Assembly: GCA_946965045.2 (NCBI GenBank)
Contig: OX337235.1
Coordinates: 2,604,001-2,668,000 of the forward strand
Direction: 5' to 3'
From: Epithemia pelagica
Taxonomy: Eukaryota; Protista; Bacillariophyta
DNA: 64,000 nt
A program made the translations under genes and the position numbers. Each line of letters opens with the position of its first letter. The first letter of the stretch is position 1. This document shows positions 51,831 to 62,307 of the stretch, one piece after another. The notes under the pieces are model-generated. The model did not search any database and was not told the DNA's origin. It saw only the letters and a list, made by a program, of their open reading frames with translations.

Positions 51831-54469
51831 ATGCCCATCTTCAGAATCATGGGCGGCCAACAGAGCCGGCGAAACAACAGTAGCGAAAACTCTTCACTTC
51901 AATCACAGACGTCTTCTTATCCAGCGCAAAGGGCTGCCGCAGCTAATGCCCGGAATACATACCCGGGAAACAGAACTGGAGCAACTGCTCAATCTTTGAA
52001 TAGCGCTCCTTCGAATAGCAATTCTACTTCTCGACGTCCAACTGGACAGTTCTCGCACTCCGCTCCCCCATCCACAACTACACATCAGGACGGTTCGAGA
52101 TCTCAACCAGGTACTGGTTCCAACACTGTTGTTCGCGGTGCCCCCACAGATGCAGGAGGCCGAACGCAAACCACAAGTAGCGCCACAGACGCTACTACTC
52201 GCCCTGGAGCCTATCAAGTAACACGAACAACAACCGGTGTAAGTTCAGAAGACGTTCGTCGCCCGCTGCTGGAAAATGCGTATTCTCACCTGTTCCTAGC
52301 CTGCCATCGTGTATAGGGTCTCGATCCCAAATGGAGTGTCACCAGGGAGCGAGTTTCATGTTCATGCAGGGGATCGCCGTGTTCGTGTTCGATGCCCTCC
52401 TACGTCCAGACCTGGCCAATCTCTCCAAATCACATTACCACCCGCACCCCAAACACAGCACACTATATTGAAAATTGCACCACTTACTGCCGCTCCCGAA
52501 GTTGGAGCAGGGGGCGGTGCAGTCACCATGACTCCAGAAGTTCGCAAGGTGAACCAACAAGCAGAGGAGAATGGAGGCTCAGCGCAGAGTTTTCTTGTTG
52601 ACATTCCACCCAACATTTTCCCCGGAATGACGTTCACCGTTAATGTAGCTGGACAGAGATTTATGGTTACATGTCCGTCAAACGCCGGTCCCAACATGAA
52701 AATCAGGATTGTTCCACCGACAGTCCGCGAGGAGCCTCAAGCAGCACCGAAGACACAGGTATTTGAAGTTGCCGTACCAGCGGGTGTGTCTCCAGGACAG
52801 CCTTTCACCTTGGTTGCTAATGGGCAACGTGTTCTTGTTACCTGTCCACCAAATGTCTCCCCAGGACAGAAGATCCGTTTCCAGCTTCCCGTTTCACAGG
52901 TAGTTAGCAATATTCAGCTTTCATACGAATCAAACGTTGGGTGGAGACGAATCATACGAGTCACCGACATGAAGTTCCAATGGGTACGTCTCGATAACAA
53001 AGAGGATGATTCCGAAAATGGAGGTGTGGACTTTGCTGGAATGGAGAACTTCGATTTCAGTAGGTCCGCATACATTCGCAAGCTGTCTTTCTTGGAAGGA
53101 AATGATGCCCGCATGCGTAGCGGGAGACTGTCCCTTGTACCAGCCAAAGAAGCGGTTGTGGATTCTCGTCTCGTTGTTAGAAATCGGACTTTGCTGTCTT
53201 ACGCCGACATTGCTGAACATCAAGGCAAGGCACTTGAAGAAAAAACGACATGGTTTCAGAATATTTGCTCCCAGCTTACATCTGCCTGGGAGGACGGTCA
53301 CATTAAGATTGTCGTCCGTCGAAAGTTCCTGCTTTTGGATAGTGTCGATTGTGTTATGAGTCTGGGTCGCGAAGACCTTCGCAAAAGATGGCGCATTGAA
53401 TTTCTGGGCGAACCTGCTATTGATGCAGGTGGTGTTTCTCGAGAGTGGTTTCAATTGGTAACAGAGCAGATATTTGATCCTGCATTCGGTCTTTTTGTTT
53501 CCTCTGTCAACAACCAAATGGCAATGAGTATAAACCCCGCCAGCGGTAAGTTTAATGGTCTCTTTTCATGGGAATGTGCGTTTGCGGGAGGGCTGACAGA
53601 GTTCCTTGGATTCAGACATTTCTTGTCCGGAAGACCACTTGATCTATTTTAGATTTCTTGGACGGGTGATTGGAAGGGCACTTTTTGATCGCCAACTCGT
53701 AAAAGGCCACATGGTGAGAAGCCTGTACAAGCATTTGCTGGGATGGCCTATCACTTTCGATGACATCAAGGACCAGGACGAGGAGTACTACCAATCTCTG
53801 AAAAAGCTTACGAAGATGGAAGATATTTCTGTGATGTGTCTTGATTTCACCGTGACCGAGGAAAGTATGGGTGTCAGGAACGAAGTGGAACTTCTTGAAG
53901 GCGGTGCCATGAAAGAAGTAACCAAGGACAATTTGCAGGAATATTTGGAAGCAAATCTTTGCTACAGAATGTTGGACCGCACAAAGCACCAATTGACAGA
54001 GTTATTGCTCGGATTCTTCGATATTGTACCTGAACCTGCGTTAATTGTTCTTGATGCAAATGAGCTTGAGCTAATCTTATGTGGATTACCAGAGATTGAC
54101 ATGGAAGACTGGAAAACTCATACGAACTACTCTGGTCTATATGAAGGAAAGGGAGGCAATCACCAGGTTGTCCGATGGTTCTGGGAGGTAGTGCGGGATG
54201 ATTTTGATCAAGAAATGAGGGCCCGTCTTCTTCAGTTTGTGACTGGAACTTCTGGAGTACCGCCTCGCGGATTCTCTGTCTTACAGGGTATTGATGGAAA
54301 CATCAAAAAGTTCACAATTCATGGAGTTGACCGCAAAGTTTACCAACTTCCTCGAGCACATACATGTTTCAACAGAATTGACCTCCCTGATTTTTCATCA
54401 AAAGACGATTTGTCGGACAATTTGAAAAAGGCCGTCACGATGTCAGGTCTTGGGTTTGGCCTAGAGTAG
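51831..54469 (+). CDS. HECT E3 ubiquitin ligase (NEDD4/Rsp5-like HECT) with three N-terminal beta-rich repeats; exons 51831-52238, 52300-53545, 53616-54469 (835 aa)
   Basis: Introns GTAAGT...CTAG (52239-52299) and GTAAGT...TCAG (53546-53615) restore the frame. FLGEPAIDAGGVSREWF, YFRFLGRVIGRALFD, RLLQFVTGTSGVP, and catalytic LPRAHTCFNRIDLP. Confidence 0.92.
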
Positions 54470-54988
54470 CATCATAGCGTATCAGAGGAGTAGAGGCTCC
54501 CAGCAATTGAGAATACAGGAACAACTGTCGAAAGTTCCTTTGCAAAGCAATTTACAGAATTCAGGAAAGAGGCTTTCGAGACCATGAAAAACAACGCCGA
54601 CATGCATTGAACTAGTTCATTGTCCGCAACTCATATTGGCTTTTTTTGCGAATGATTCCTGTTCGAGAACACGCAAACTTGCATCTCGTATCAAGAGGTC
54701 TGTAGAAGTGAATTAATATGCAGACGACTCACCATGAATAGGTTTACTTTGAAAAGCTGTGTGAGTTGTTGATGCGCAAGCTGAGGTATGCTCTGGCATT
54801 TTAAGTTAGTCGCAAGGACAAAGAGAGTAGAGAGCTCATGGAGAATGAAGCGGACAGAGTAGAGGTATAGTACCGCTGCGGTGACTGTTCGTGGTTTGTG
54901 GTTTCCCCCAAAATAGTTGGGTATCTTTCCGCCCCCCAAAGAAAGTTGTGGATCTTTCTGCTATATCCTTCTCGACAGCGAACCACAA

Positions 54989-55537
54989 ATGAAAGTTGCT
55001 CTGGTGATACCGATTCTCTTTTGCCCTGTTTCTTTGGCATTCTCTCGTGTGTCAACAGAATTGAGAATGGTTCAAACGGAAAAAAGGCTCGAAGACCTTG
55101 GTATCAGTCTGCCTCCGGCACCCAAGCCGGCAGCAAACTATTGTCCTGCTCAAAAAACCGGAGAATTGTTGTTTCTTTCGGGGCATCTTCCGCTAAAAGC
55201 CGACGGATCGTTGCTCACTGGAAAAATTGGACCTGGAGAGAAAACCGTGGACGAAGGATATGATGCTGCACGGCAGGTTGCCCTGAACCTAATCGCGACG
55301 ATGAAATCCGAACTTGGTGACCTCGACAAAGTCGACCAAATCGTGAAGCTTTTTGGAATTGTTCAATCCACCAACGATTTCCATGAGCAACACAAAGTAC
55401 TCAATGGGTGTTCAGACGTTATGGTTGAAGTTTTTGGTGCCAAAGGTATGCATGCAAGATCCGCAATTGGGACGAACGCTTTGCCGCTCGGTATATCAGT
55501 TGAAGTAGAAGCGATCGTTCGCATAAAGGAAAGTTAA
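54989..55537 (+). CDS. RidA/YjgF/UK114-family imine deaminase, plastid-targeted
   Basis: MKVALVIPILFCPVSLA|FS presequence; LPPAPKPAANY, LSGHLP, LNGCSD, GMHARSAIGTNALPLGISVEVE (catalytic Arg retained). Confidence 0.88.
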   Translation: MKVALVIPILFCPVSLAFSRVSTELRMVQTEKRLEDLGISLPPAPKPAANYCPAQKTGELLFLSGHLPLKADGSLLTGKIGPGEKTVDEGYDAARQVALNLIATMKSELGDLDKVDQIVKLFGIVQSTNDFHEQHKVLNGCSDVMVEVFGAKGMHARSAIGTNALPLGISVEVEAIVRIKES

Positions 55538-55652
55538 ATGGACAGTACTAGCTCCATAACATGTGTCAACTCTCATTAGAAGGATATTTCTTGACGTGGG
55601 TGGGGAACCGAAGGAAACAGGAACATCGCGAGAATGAGAAAACACAGGATTC

Positions 55653-56309
55653 CTAATGAATATCCAGTTCACTGGCCATTTCATTCAGATACACCTGCAT
55701 TCTCTTCGCTTCAGTCCTCGCATCTTCAAAGAACTTTTCGGGCTTGGTTTTCGCTGCGCTGAACTCAACGAAGTTCGCGCTGTACACTGCCGTGTCCGCT
55801 GCTCGAAGCGCTGCGTCAAATTCTATCATTGTCTCTGTATAGATTATTATGTCAGCTGCCTCTTCTTGAAGCTCTTTCAGTACCTTTGAGATGCCGTACA
55901 TGCCCGATGAAGTGCCAACGGTTCCTAAATATCGCCGTACATTATCCCCACCTCCTTTGACAACGTCGTCGTAGTTGTCAAGCAGGTAACCCAGAGATCT
56001 CTGTGCCTCCACAAACCTGGCTTTTGAGGCTTCCACACCCAGCGCCTCACCTGCTTTGAAAACAGTCTGAGAATTCTCCATTGCAGCGTTGGACGCAAAG
56101 CTTTTTGTTTCTAGCAGACACAGCATGAATGTGGAAAGACAATTCCGTCTGTTCACATCGATTGGTTCGTCAATGTTTTTGTCATCCATGGCACTCAGGC
56201 GGTATCGTGACCCTGCAGCACCTGGTGATGAGGTTATAGTCGTGAGAGGAAATGGGCTAACAACAGCATTGTTCATGGCCAGTATGGCAATGACCCATAG
56301 GATCATCAT
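55653..56309 (-). CDS. Probable thylakoid-lumen helical-bundle protein (function unknown)
   Basis: Signal peptide, then NRRNCL + hydrophobic segment; helical domain LLDNYDDVVKGGGDNVRRYLGTVG...DAALRAADTAVYSANF. Confidence 0.65.
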   Translation of the reverse strand: MMILWVIAILAMNNAVVSPFPLTTITSSPGAAGSRYRLSAMDDKNIDEPIDVNRRNCLSTFMLCLLETKSFASNAAMENSQTVFKAGEALGVEASKARFVEAQRSLGYLLDNYDDVVKGGGDNVRRYLGTVGTSSGMYGISKVLKELQEEAADIIIYTETMIEFDAALRAADTAVYSANFVEFSAAKTKPEKFFEDARTEAKRMQVYLNEMASELDIH

Positions 56310-56563
56310 GATCGTTTCTGACGATTGGCAATTGCAAGCACCGTAACCCGTGTAACACATAATTCGGGGGGCATATGGCTTCCCCTGAACATGCCCCCAC
56401 AGTATCTGAGTATCTTTTCATGATGAGGGGTGCCGATCGTACGTTTTCATTTTTTCGCCAGGCAATCGGCATCTGTTCTCGCGATCCTTTTGATGGTTGG
56501 ACTTGGACTTGGACGGCTTGTTTTGATTCCGTAGACCCCACAAGTTCGAAATACCATACATCG

Positions 56564-57757
56564 ATGTCCCTCGCTCTACGTTCTTTTCTGTTCATCTTTG
56601 GAATAAGCTCCTTGATCCAATATTCAAGAGCCTTTTCTCTTACTGCAGCCAGAAGGATATATTCCAGTACTTGCAGGTCCGGAATGTCGTCACCACAGCC
56701 ACTCTCCGCTGGACTCAAGCCCTACATCGAAACACTTATAAAGGGAGATCGTCACTTGACTGGAGAAGAAACTGAGGCAGCTTTCTCTGAAATATTGCAA
56801 GGAGCTGATGACGTCCAAGTGGGGTCGTTGTTGACATTGCTGCGAGCCCGACAGGAAACTCCTGACGAAATTGCTGGAATGGTCCGTGCAATGAACAACG
56901 CTTGTAACCGAGTTGATCTGCAAGGCAAGAAGCTTTTGGATATTGTTGGAACGGGAGGTGATGGAGCAGATACCATTAACATCAGTACTGCTTCGGTTGT
57001 GTTGGCCGCTGCGGCTGGGTGTATAGTTGCAAAAGCAGGAAACCGAAGTGTCAGCTCTAGATGTGGTTCGGCAGATGTTTTGGAGGCTCTTGGTGTTAAA
57101 GTTGACCTGAACCCGGACCAAGTCAAAGAATGTGTGGACAAGGTCAGGATTGCATTCATGTTCGCCCCCATAAACCATCCATCAATGAGGTTCGTTGCCC
57201 CTGTTCGCAAGAAGCTGGGTGTGCGAACTTGTTTCAACATTCTTGGTCCCATGACCAATGCTGCTGGGGCACAACATACGGTGATTGGAGTTTTCGATCC
57301 ACAGCTCATGCCTCTCATGGCAGGTGCTTTGCAAGAAGTAGGCCGAGTTGACCATGCCGTTATCATCCACGGCTGTGGTTTGGATGAAATCAGTCCTCTG
57401 GGTCCTTCGCGCATTCTTGAAATACGAAATACCGCATCACCGGGTGAACCGCGTGTGTATGAAACGAAGGACTTTGAATTTGATCCTCTTGATGTAGGAA
57501 TTCCTAGATGTGAGCTTGGAGACCTGAAAGGTGGTGGCCCCGAAGAAAATTCGAAAAGTTTCAAGGAGGTTCTTTTAGGTGGAGAACACACAGATGCGAA
57601 ACGTGATTCCATTGTACTTAATGCCGGGGTCGGATGCTACGTGTACGGTCTTGCATCAACCATTGAGGAAGGTTGTAGCATGGCACGAAGCACGCTAAGT
57701 TCCGGCAAAGCGACAGAACTGCTTAATCAATGGATCGAAGTCAGTCAAAGCTTGTGA
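56564..57757 (+). CDS. trpD: Anthranilate phosphoribosyltransferase, plastid-targeted
   Basis: SRA|FS presequence; DIVGTGGDGADTINIST, KAGNRSVSSRCGSADVLEALG, FNILGPMTN, HGCGLDEIS. Confidence 0.95.
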   Translation: MSLALRSFLFIFGISSLIQYSRAFSLTAARRIYSSTCRSGMSSPQPLSAGLKPYIETLIKGDRHLTGEETEAAFSEILQGADDVQVGSLLTLLRARQETPDEIAGMVRAMNNACNRVDLQGKKLLDIVGTGGDGADTINISTASVVLAAAAGCIVAKAGNRSVSSRCGSADVLEALGVKVDLNPDQVKECVDKVRIAFMFAPINHPSMRFVAPVRKKLGVRTCFNILGPMTNAAGAQHTVIGVFDPQLMPLMAGALQEVGRVDHAVIIHGCGLDEISPLGPSRILEIRNTASPGEPRVYETKDFEFDPLDVGIPRCELGDLKGGGPEENSKSFKEVLLGGEHTDAKRDSIVLNAGVGCYVYGLASTIEEGCSMARSTLSSGKATELLNQWIEVSQSL

Positions 57758-57807
57758 ATAATCAGTGAGAAGCATGTACCGTTATTCAAGATCTTATAAG
57801 CCACATT

Positions 57808-58104
57808 CTATTTATTTGCCCCGAAGTCCTTCCTTATCTCCTTGAAAAAAGCAGAGACAAAACCAGGCAAGCCTGTCAGAGGAGGGGATGGTCGCCCTGC
57901 CGTGGATGATGCCGTTTGATCTGCCTGTTTACTTAAATTGTGCACTGTCTTCTCAATATGTTCTTGGCCTGTTTTCTGGAACTCACGCATGTGATGATCT
58001 GTTCTTACGGCAACTCTCTGGAAAGTCTTCGAATTCGCCAAACCCTTAACGATTATTTCATTGGCAACATAGTTGATGACGCGGTGGAAAAATTGGTTGC
58101 TCAT
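57808..58104 (-). CDS. Small protein, possibly NCBP2-AS2/MRX7-like
   Basis: MSNQFFHRVINYVANEIIVKGLANSKTFQRVAVRT...FVSAFFKEIRKDF; the N-terminal helix pattern resembles that family (recalled, not searched). Confidence 0.55.
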   Translation of the reverse strand: MSNQFFHRVINYVANEIIVKGLANSKTFQRVAVRTDHHMREFQKTGQEHIEKTVHNLSKQADQTASSTAGRPSPPLTGLPGFVSAFFKEIRKDFGANK

Positions 58105-58517
58105 GGTGTTAATGATGAAATCGCTTAGCCTGCCACAGCTTCGTTCAACACTTTCCTCGTATCCACAATCCACACCTCTACGATTGAAAATTGAAATGGA
58201 TGAAGGGACTTGACTTTGGGCTGTTTGTGGTTCGTCTCGGCAGTTCTTCTGCTTCCACGTGTAAGTCTCGCCAAGCATACACTTACACCCAAGTGTTTAC
58301 CCGGCTGAAATCGAAAATCGAAGCCACAGCGCCACACCAAGACACGTACTTCTTCGAAGCATCTTAGAGATTCATCCCTCTATACGTGTTTGCAATTGTC
58401 GTCAATCAACAAGACAAACAGAAACAGAGGACAAGAATTTCTCAAACACATGCATGACTTCATAGAGCTACCCGCGTCTCCATTGAGATCACCATCACCA
58501 TTCATTCGACGAATCCA

Positions 58518-59057
58518 ATGAATCCATCTGAAAAACCCGTGATCTCCGTGGGTGTGCCCTTTAGAGTCGAAGATTTGAGCGTTAAGGCTCCCACCAGAGA
58601 ACGCAGTCCTCTAGAGCTTAAGTATGATGGAAATGCTCACCAGTGGGAAAACAAGCCTTTTCATGTGACCGTTCTTTCATCTTTTCTTGGGAGCCCAATG
58701 GGAATGCAAGAAACCATTGAGAGTATTCGTAAAGATTACCATACCGCTGGACCTGAGGAACTGATATTGACCACATACAATTCTCCGTGGAAAGCCATAA
58801 TGCTCGTCAGCTTGTCCGAAGCTGCTGCAATACGCTTTGGTGACCGCGGTGTGACAAGGTTGCGAGGCGTATATGTCAGCAAGATATTCCCACGAAGCAC
58901 CTCTCTTGATAGCAGTGTCAAGGAATTTCAAAGATGGGTGAAAGGAATGACAGGGAGAAGAACATCAATCGCAAAGGACTTCTACGTAGGTCACCCCTGT
59001 GGCAGTGATGGGAAAATGTCTCCGGACTATGTTATTCTTTTCGCCCGTGTTCAGTAG
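58518..59057 (+). CDS. Hypothetical protein resembling a prokaryotic 'hydrolase'-annotated GyrI-like family
   Basis: 179-aa single-exon ORF with YDGNAHQWENKPF, LILTTYNSPWKAIMLV, LRGVYVSKIF and FYVGHPC...DYVILFARV. Confidence 0.65.
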   Translation: MNPSEKPVISVGVPFRVEDLSVKAPTRERSPLELKYDGNAHQWENKPFHVTVLSSFLGSPMGMQETIESIRKDYHTAGPEELILTTYNSPWKAIMLVSLSEAAAIRFGDRGVTRLRGVYVSKIFPRSTSLDSSVKEFQRWVKGMTGRRTSIAKDFYVGHPCGSDGKMSPDYVILFARVQ

Positions 59058-59614
59058 CTCTTTCTCATCTACTGGAAAAACAGGGACTTTCCATGGATGT
59101 TTATATTCTGGAGAAACAGGAGAAGAAGAGTGTCAATATTGTGTGATCTGGCAAGTGCATCTTCGGCTTTCAATGGAGGTTGCCTCGCAGGTTAACCAAA
59201 TGTATGAACCCCAGTCCCTTCGTTTTCGAAGCCAGTTTTTCAATACCTTTTGGATTTTGGACTGAGCTATGGATGAACCTGGATTGATGACCTCCATGGA
59301 ACAACCACAAACTGCATGAATAAGCATCCGTTTCCCGGACAGCAAAAGGAATAGGAGTAGGAGTACATAGGAGTAGTGAACAATGAACATGAAAGAAAAC
59401 CCTCCTCTTTGAGTGTGAAAAGCTATGCCTCCTACATGATCGAAGATAGAAAAGCGCGACTGATGTCACAAAAAAAATGAGTCATGTCCGATCACGTCAC
59501 CCGTCACCACAAGCATTCAAATTCAACCACGAAGACTGTCACTAATAGATCAGATCATCAATCACCAACTCAACTGCTCCCTGTGATAGTCGAGTTGTTT
59601 CTGCTGTTTACGAA

Positions 59615-60235
59615 ATGAGATCGCTTCTTCTTTTTATTGTACCTGTTGCACTGGTGAAGGGATGGTCGACGGGAAGTCTCGTGTCATCTTTCGGAGGAGC
59701 AGTTCTTGTGACGGAACGAGCTTCGCCGAGCAAAGTTGGACCTGTGCTGGAAATGAAGAAAGGGAAGCCGAATGTGCCACCGCAAATGCGTGGACAATAC
59801 GCCAGGCAGAAGGAAATGGCTGCTATGCGAGAACAAATGATCTCAGCAAGTAAACCAGCTGATGACGGTTTACCAGTCTTCAACCTTTTCGTTCGAACAA
59901 AAAAAGCAAAGGTATGGTACCCCTGCGGTTCTTTCAAGGGGGACAATCGATCGGGTGCCCTGGCAAAAAACTATGCGGATGGAGGTTTGCTGGCAGGTCT
60001 TTCCAAGAAACAAATGGATGCGGGTATCGCAGGAAGTCTTCATCAAGATCTCGATAAGCTAACTGAAAGTATAATTCGGGCTTTCCCACAACTCAAAAAG
60101 AGCCGTGATGACTTCGAGTTTGGATACAAATTGGGCTTCAAAGGCCTTTCAGACGAAAAGTCAGCAGAGATGAACATGGTGGTACCAAAGGAACAGAAGG
60201 GCGTTGTTGACAACATCAAGAATATCTTTAGCTAA
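59615..60235 (+). CDS. HHL1-like (hypersensitive to high light 1) plastid protein
   Basis: Signal + VKG|WS presequence; FNLFVRTKKAKVWYPCGSF...DDFEFGYKL parallels the plant HHL1 FVIF.R....LWYP...F.YGYK pattern. Confidence 0.7.
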   Translation: MRSLLLFIVPVALVKGWSTGSLVSSFGGAVLVTERASPSKVGPVLEMKKGKPNVPPQMRGQYARQKEMAAMREQMISASKPADDGLPVFNLFVRTKKAKVWYPCGSFKGDNRSGALAKNYADGGLLAGLSKKQMDAGIAGSLHQDLDKLTESIIRAFPQLKKSRDDFEFGYKLGFKGLSDEKSAEMNMVVPKEQKGVVDNIKNIFS

Positions 60236-60376
60236 GCATATCAAAGGCCGTCTACACTAAGTCTTCGCGATTTTACTACTGCATCGGTTCTCATCTGATA
60301 AACGAAATCGAATCTTCTCTACGACATACAATACAACCCTGCGCTCTCTGCCCAACCCAAAAAGGTTCAGGAATTT

Positions 60377-61828
60377 TCAACAATCAAAAGTCAATCCCAT
60401 TTCCGCTGCCCATGAGTGAATGTCCTCCTTGACCAAGGTTTCAACATCGAAACTTGGAGCCCTTGAACGCTTTTGAGATGATGTCTTGTTCCACCCACGG
60501 TTCTTAGGCAAGCCTTCCATATCTCGGGCCGGTATGATGTCGCCGCCTGGTACGTTGCTGTCATCACTATCCTCAGTAACAGAGGGGAGAATCTTCCAAT
60601 CGCTCTCCTGTTGCAACCATAGATCTGCAAAGTCATACAGGAGATCTTCCTCAACAATATCTTCGTCGACACCAAACGGATTGACAATTAGATCGTCAAA
60701 GTTACAGAATGTGGTGGGAAAAGGCGGCTTTACATCTTCCTCAGTATGCGTCAAGTTTCCCATTTCCTCCACCCTCCTCTCGTCAAATAGCGTGGTACGT
60801 TTAGTGCTTCGGGTCTTTACCGATGTGCTTCGGGCCTCTACCGATGAAAAACAATTCGATGGCGGGCAGTCAGAGTTTCCCTGATCCTGATCATCAACGG
60901 GTTTCCCGCGAATGCCCAGCCCTGCAACATCAAATCCAGAATCCAAGTTGAGAGATCTGTTCTGGCAAACTGCTGTATCCCGACTTTTTCTGTGTCGGTC
61001 CTTGCGGTCATGCAACAAGAACATAAAATCAATGAAATGATGTGGCTTCTTTCCTGCTTCACAGGTGGCCTTCCGGTTACGTTTCCGAACGTTTGTCGTC
61101 CAGTTGACCACCTGATGCTGAGAAAGACCAGTCTGTTCCATGAGCGATTGAATTTCCGACTGGTCGGGGAATGGCTGCTCAATGTGCTCGACCATCCAAT
61201 TCATCAAAATATCTGTTTGCCATTTTGAGTATTTGAGAGCAAGTGGTGCACCTTGTCCTGATTCGGAGCATTCTATAGACCCATCGCGATTTGATTTTCT
61301 TGATTTCTTCTCTGAGTAACACGATTCAGTGTTTCGAGACTTTCTCTCACTCCGCGTCGCCATCCACTGGTTTAAATGCTCGTACTCTCGTTGAAGCGTA
61401 TTGATAGAGTCGTCAATAGCAAAGTCCGTGACAGGGTAAGAACCCCTTTTCACACTTTGATGTCGTTGTTTGGAGAATCCCACAAGCTTTTCCCTCATCT
61501 TGGAAACAGCTAAGTGAATTTCTTCGGGACTCAAAGCCGAACAAACAGCTCGTCTAGCAGTAGGGGCATTGACCAAGGAATTGCGGAGTCCTTTCACTTG
61601 AGCCGATAATGAAAGGAGTTTAGGAAAATCTTCATGCAATAGCATTAATTCCACATCATCGAGAGGAGCGATTCCATTCTCAGAACGGCTATGCCTTGCA
61701 TGCTTTATGTTCCCATTTGCACATTGGCTGGAAGCTGTGGCTTTTTGAGACACCTGCAAGAGTTGTTCCGATTCTTCGAACAGGGCTTCTTTGCTACTTT
61801 GTGGATGCGTCATGTTGGACTTGGACAT
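60377..61828 (-). CDS. TALE-class (KN-type) homeodomain transcription factor
   Basis: KYSKWQTDILMNWMVEHIEQPFPDQSEIQSLMEQTGLSQHQVVNWTTNVRKRNRK, with the three-residue loop extension. Confidence 0.85.
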   Translation of the reverse strand: MSKSNMTHPQSSKEALFEESEQLLQVSQKATASSQCANGNIKHARHSRSENGIAPLDDVELMLLHEDFPKLLSLSAQVKGLRNSLVNAPTARRAVCSALSPEEIHLAVSKMREKLVGFSKQRHQSVKRGSYPVTDFAIDDSINTLQREYEHLNQWMATRSERKSRNTESCYSEKKSRKSNRDGSIECSESGQGAPLALKYSKWQTDILMNWMVEHIEQPFPDQSEIQSLMEQTGLSQHQVVNWTTNVRKRNRKATCEAGKKPHHFIDFMFLLHDRKDRHRKSRDTAVCQNRSLNLDSGFDVAGLGIRGKPVDDQDQGNSDCPPSNCFSSVEARSTSVKTRSTKRTTLFDERRVEEMGNLTHTEEDVKPPFPTTFCNFDDLIVNPFGVDEDIVEEDLLYDFADLWLQQESDWKILPSVTEDSDDSNVPGGDIIPARDMEGLPKNRGWNKTSSQKRSRAPSFDVETLVKEDIHSWAAEMGLTFDC

Positions 61829-61979
61829 GAGCGAGAGCCTGATCTCAGAGATAGAAGTACAGTTGTCACCTTACAACTTGTGAAATTTGTATTTTATTGA
61901 ATTCGTGCAACCAAGGGAGACCAGCCTCAAGCAGTGTCTCGATTGTTATGGACATTTTCTCTTCCTCTTCGAATTCCAC

Positions 61980-62065
61980 CACCTCCGTACATCTAGGGAC
62001 CGGTTTCGGCTCATTTTTCATTCACCTCCGTACATCTAGGGACCGGTTTCGGCTCATTTTTCATT
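61980..62065 (+). repeat. Perfect 43-bp tandem duplication in the divergent promoter between the homeobox and proteasome genes
   Basis: CACCTCCGTACATCTAGGGACCGGTTTCGGCTCATTTTTCATT at 61980-62022 and 62023-62065. Confidence 0.92.
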
Positions 62066-62307
62066 TGATGGACGCCGTTGGATTCCCATTATGGTAAGAC
62101 CTGTTTTGGATTTTTATGGATAGTGGTGGGTGGCGGTCAGATGTCAGATGTCAGATACGAATATAGATTGAATCTTGCCCGATTCTCCTTGAATAAAAAA
62201 GCGATATAAGAGCGACCCTTTAGTACATTTTTCCATGTTGTTCAGATTGGATCTATTTTTTCACCCCCTAGTGCCAGGATCGTTCCACATTGCTTCATCA
62301 TTTCACA

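Noticed and set aside
56752-57612. 286-aa minus-strand ORF
   Set aside because: Antisense shadow of trpD.
37538-60235. High density of plastid-targeted genes as a functional cluster
   Set aside because: The genes belong to unrelated pathways and plastid-targeted genes are common in diatoms. No enrichment test was possible.
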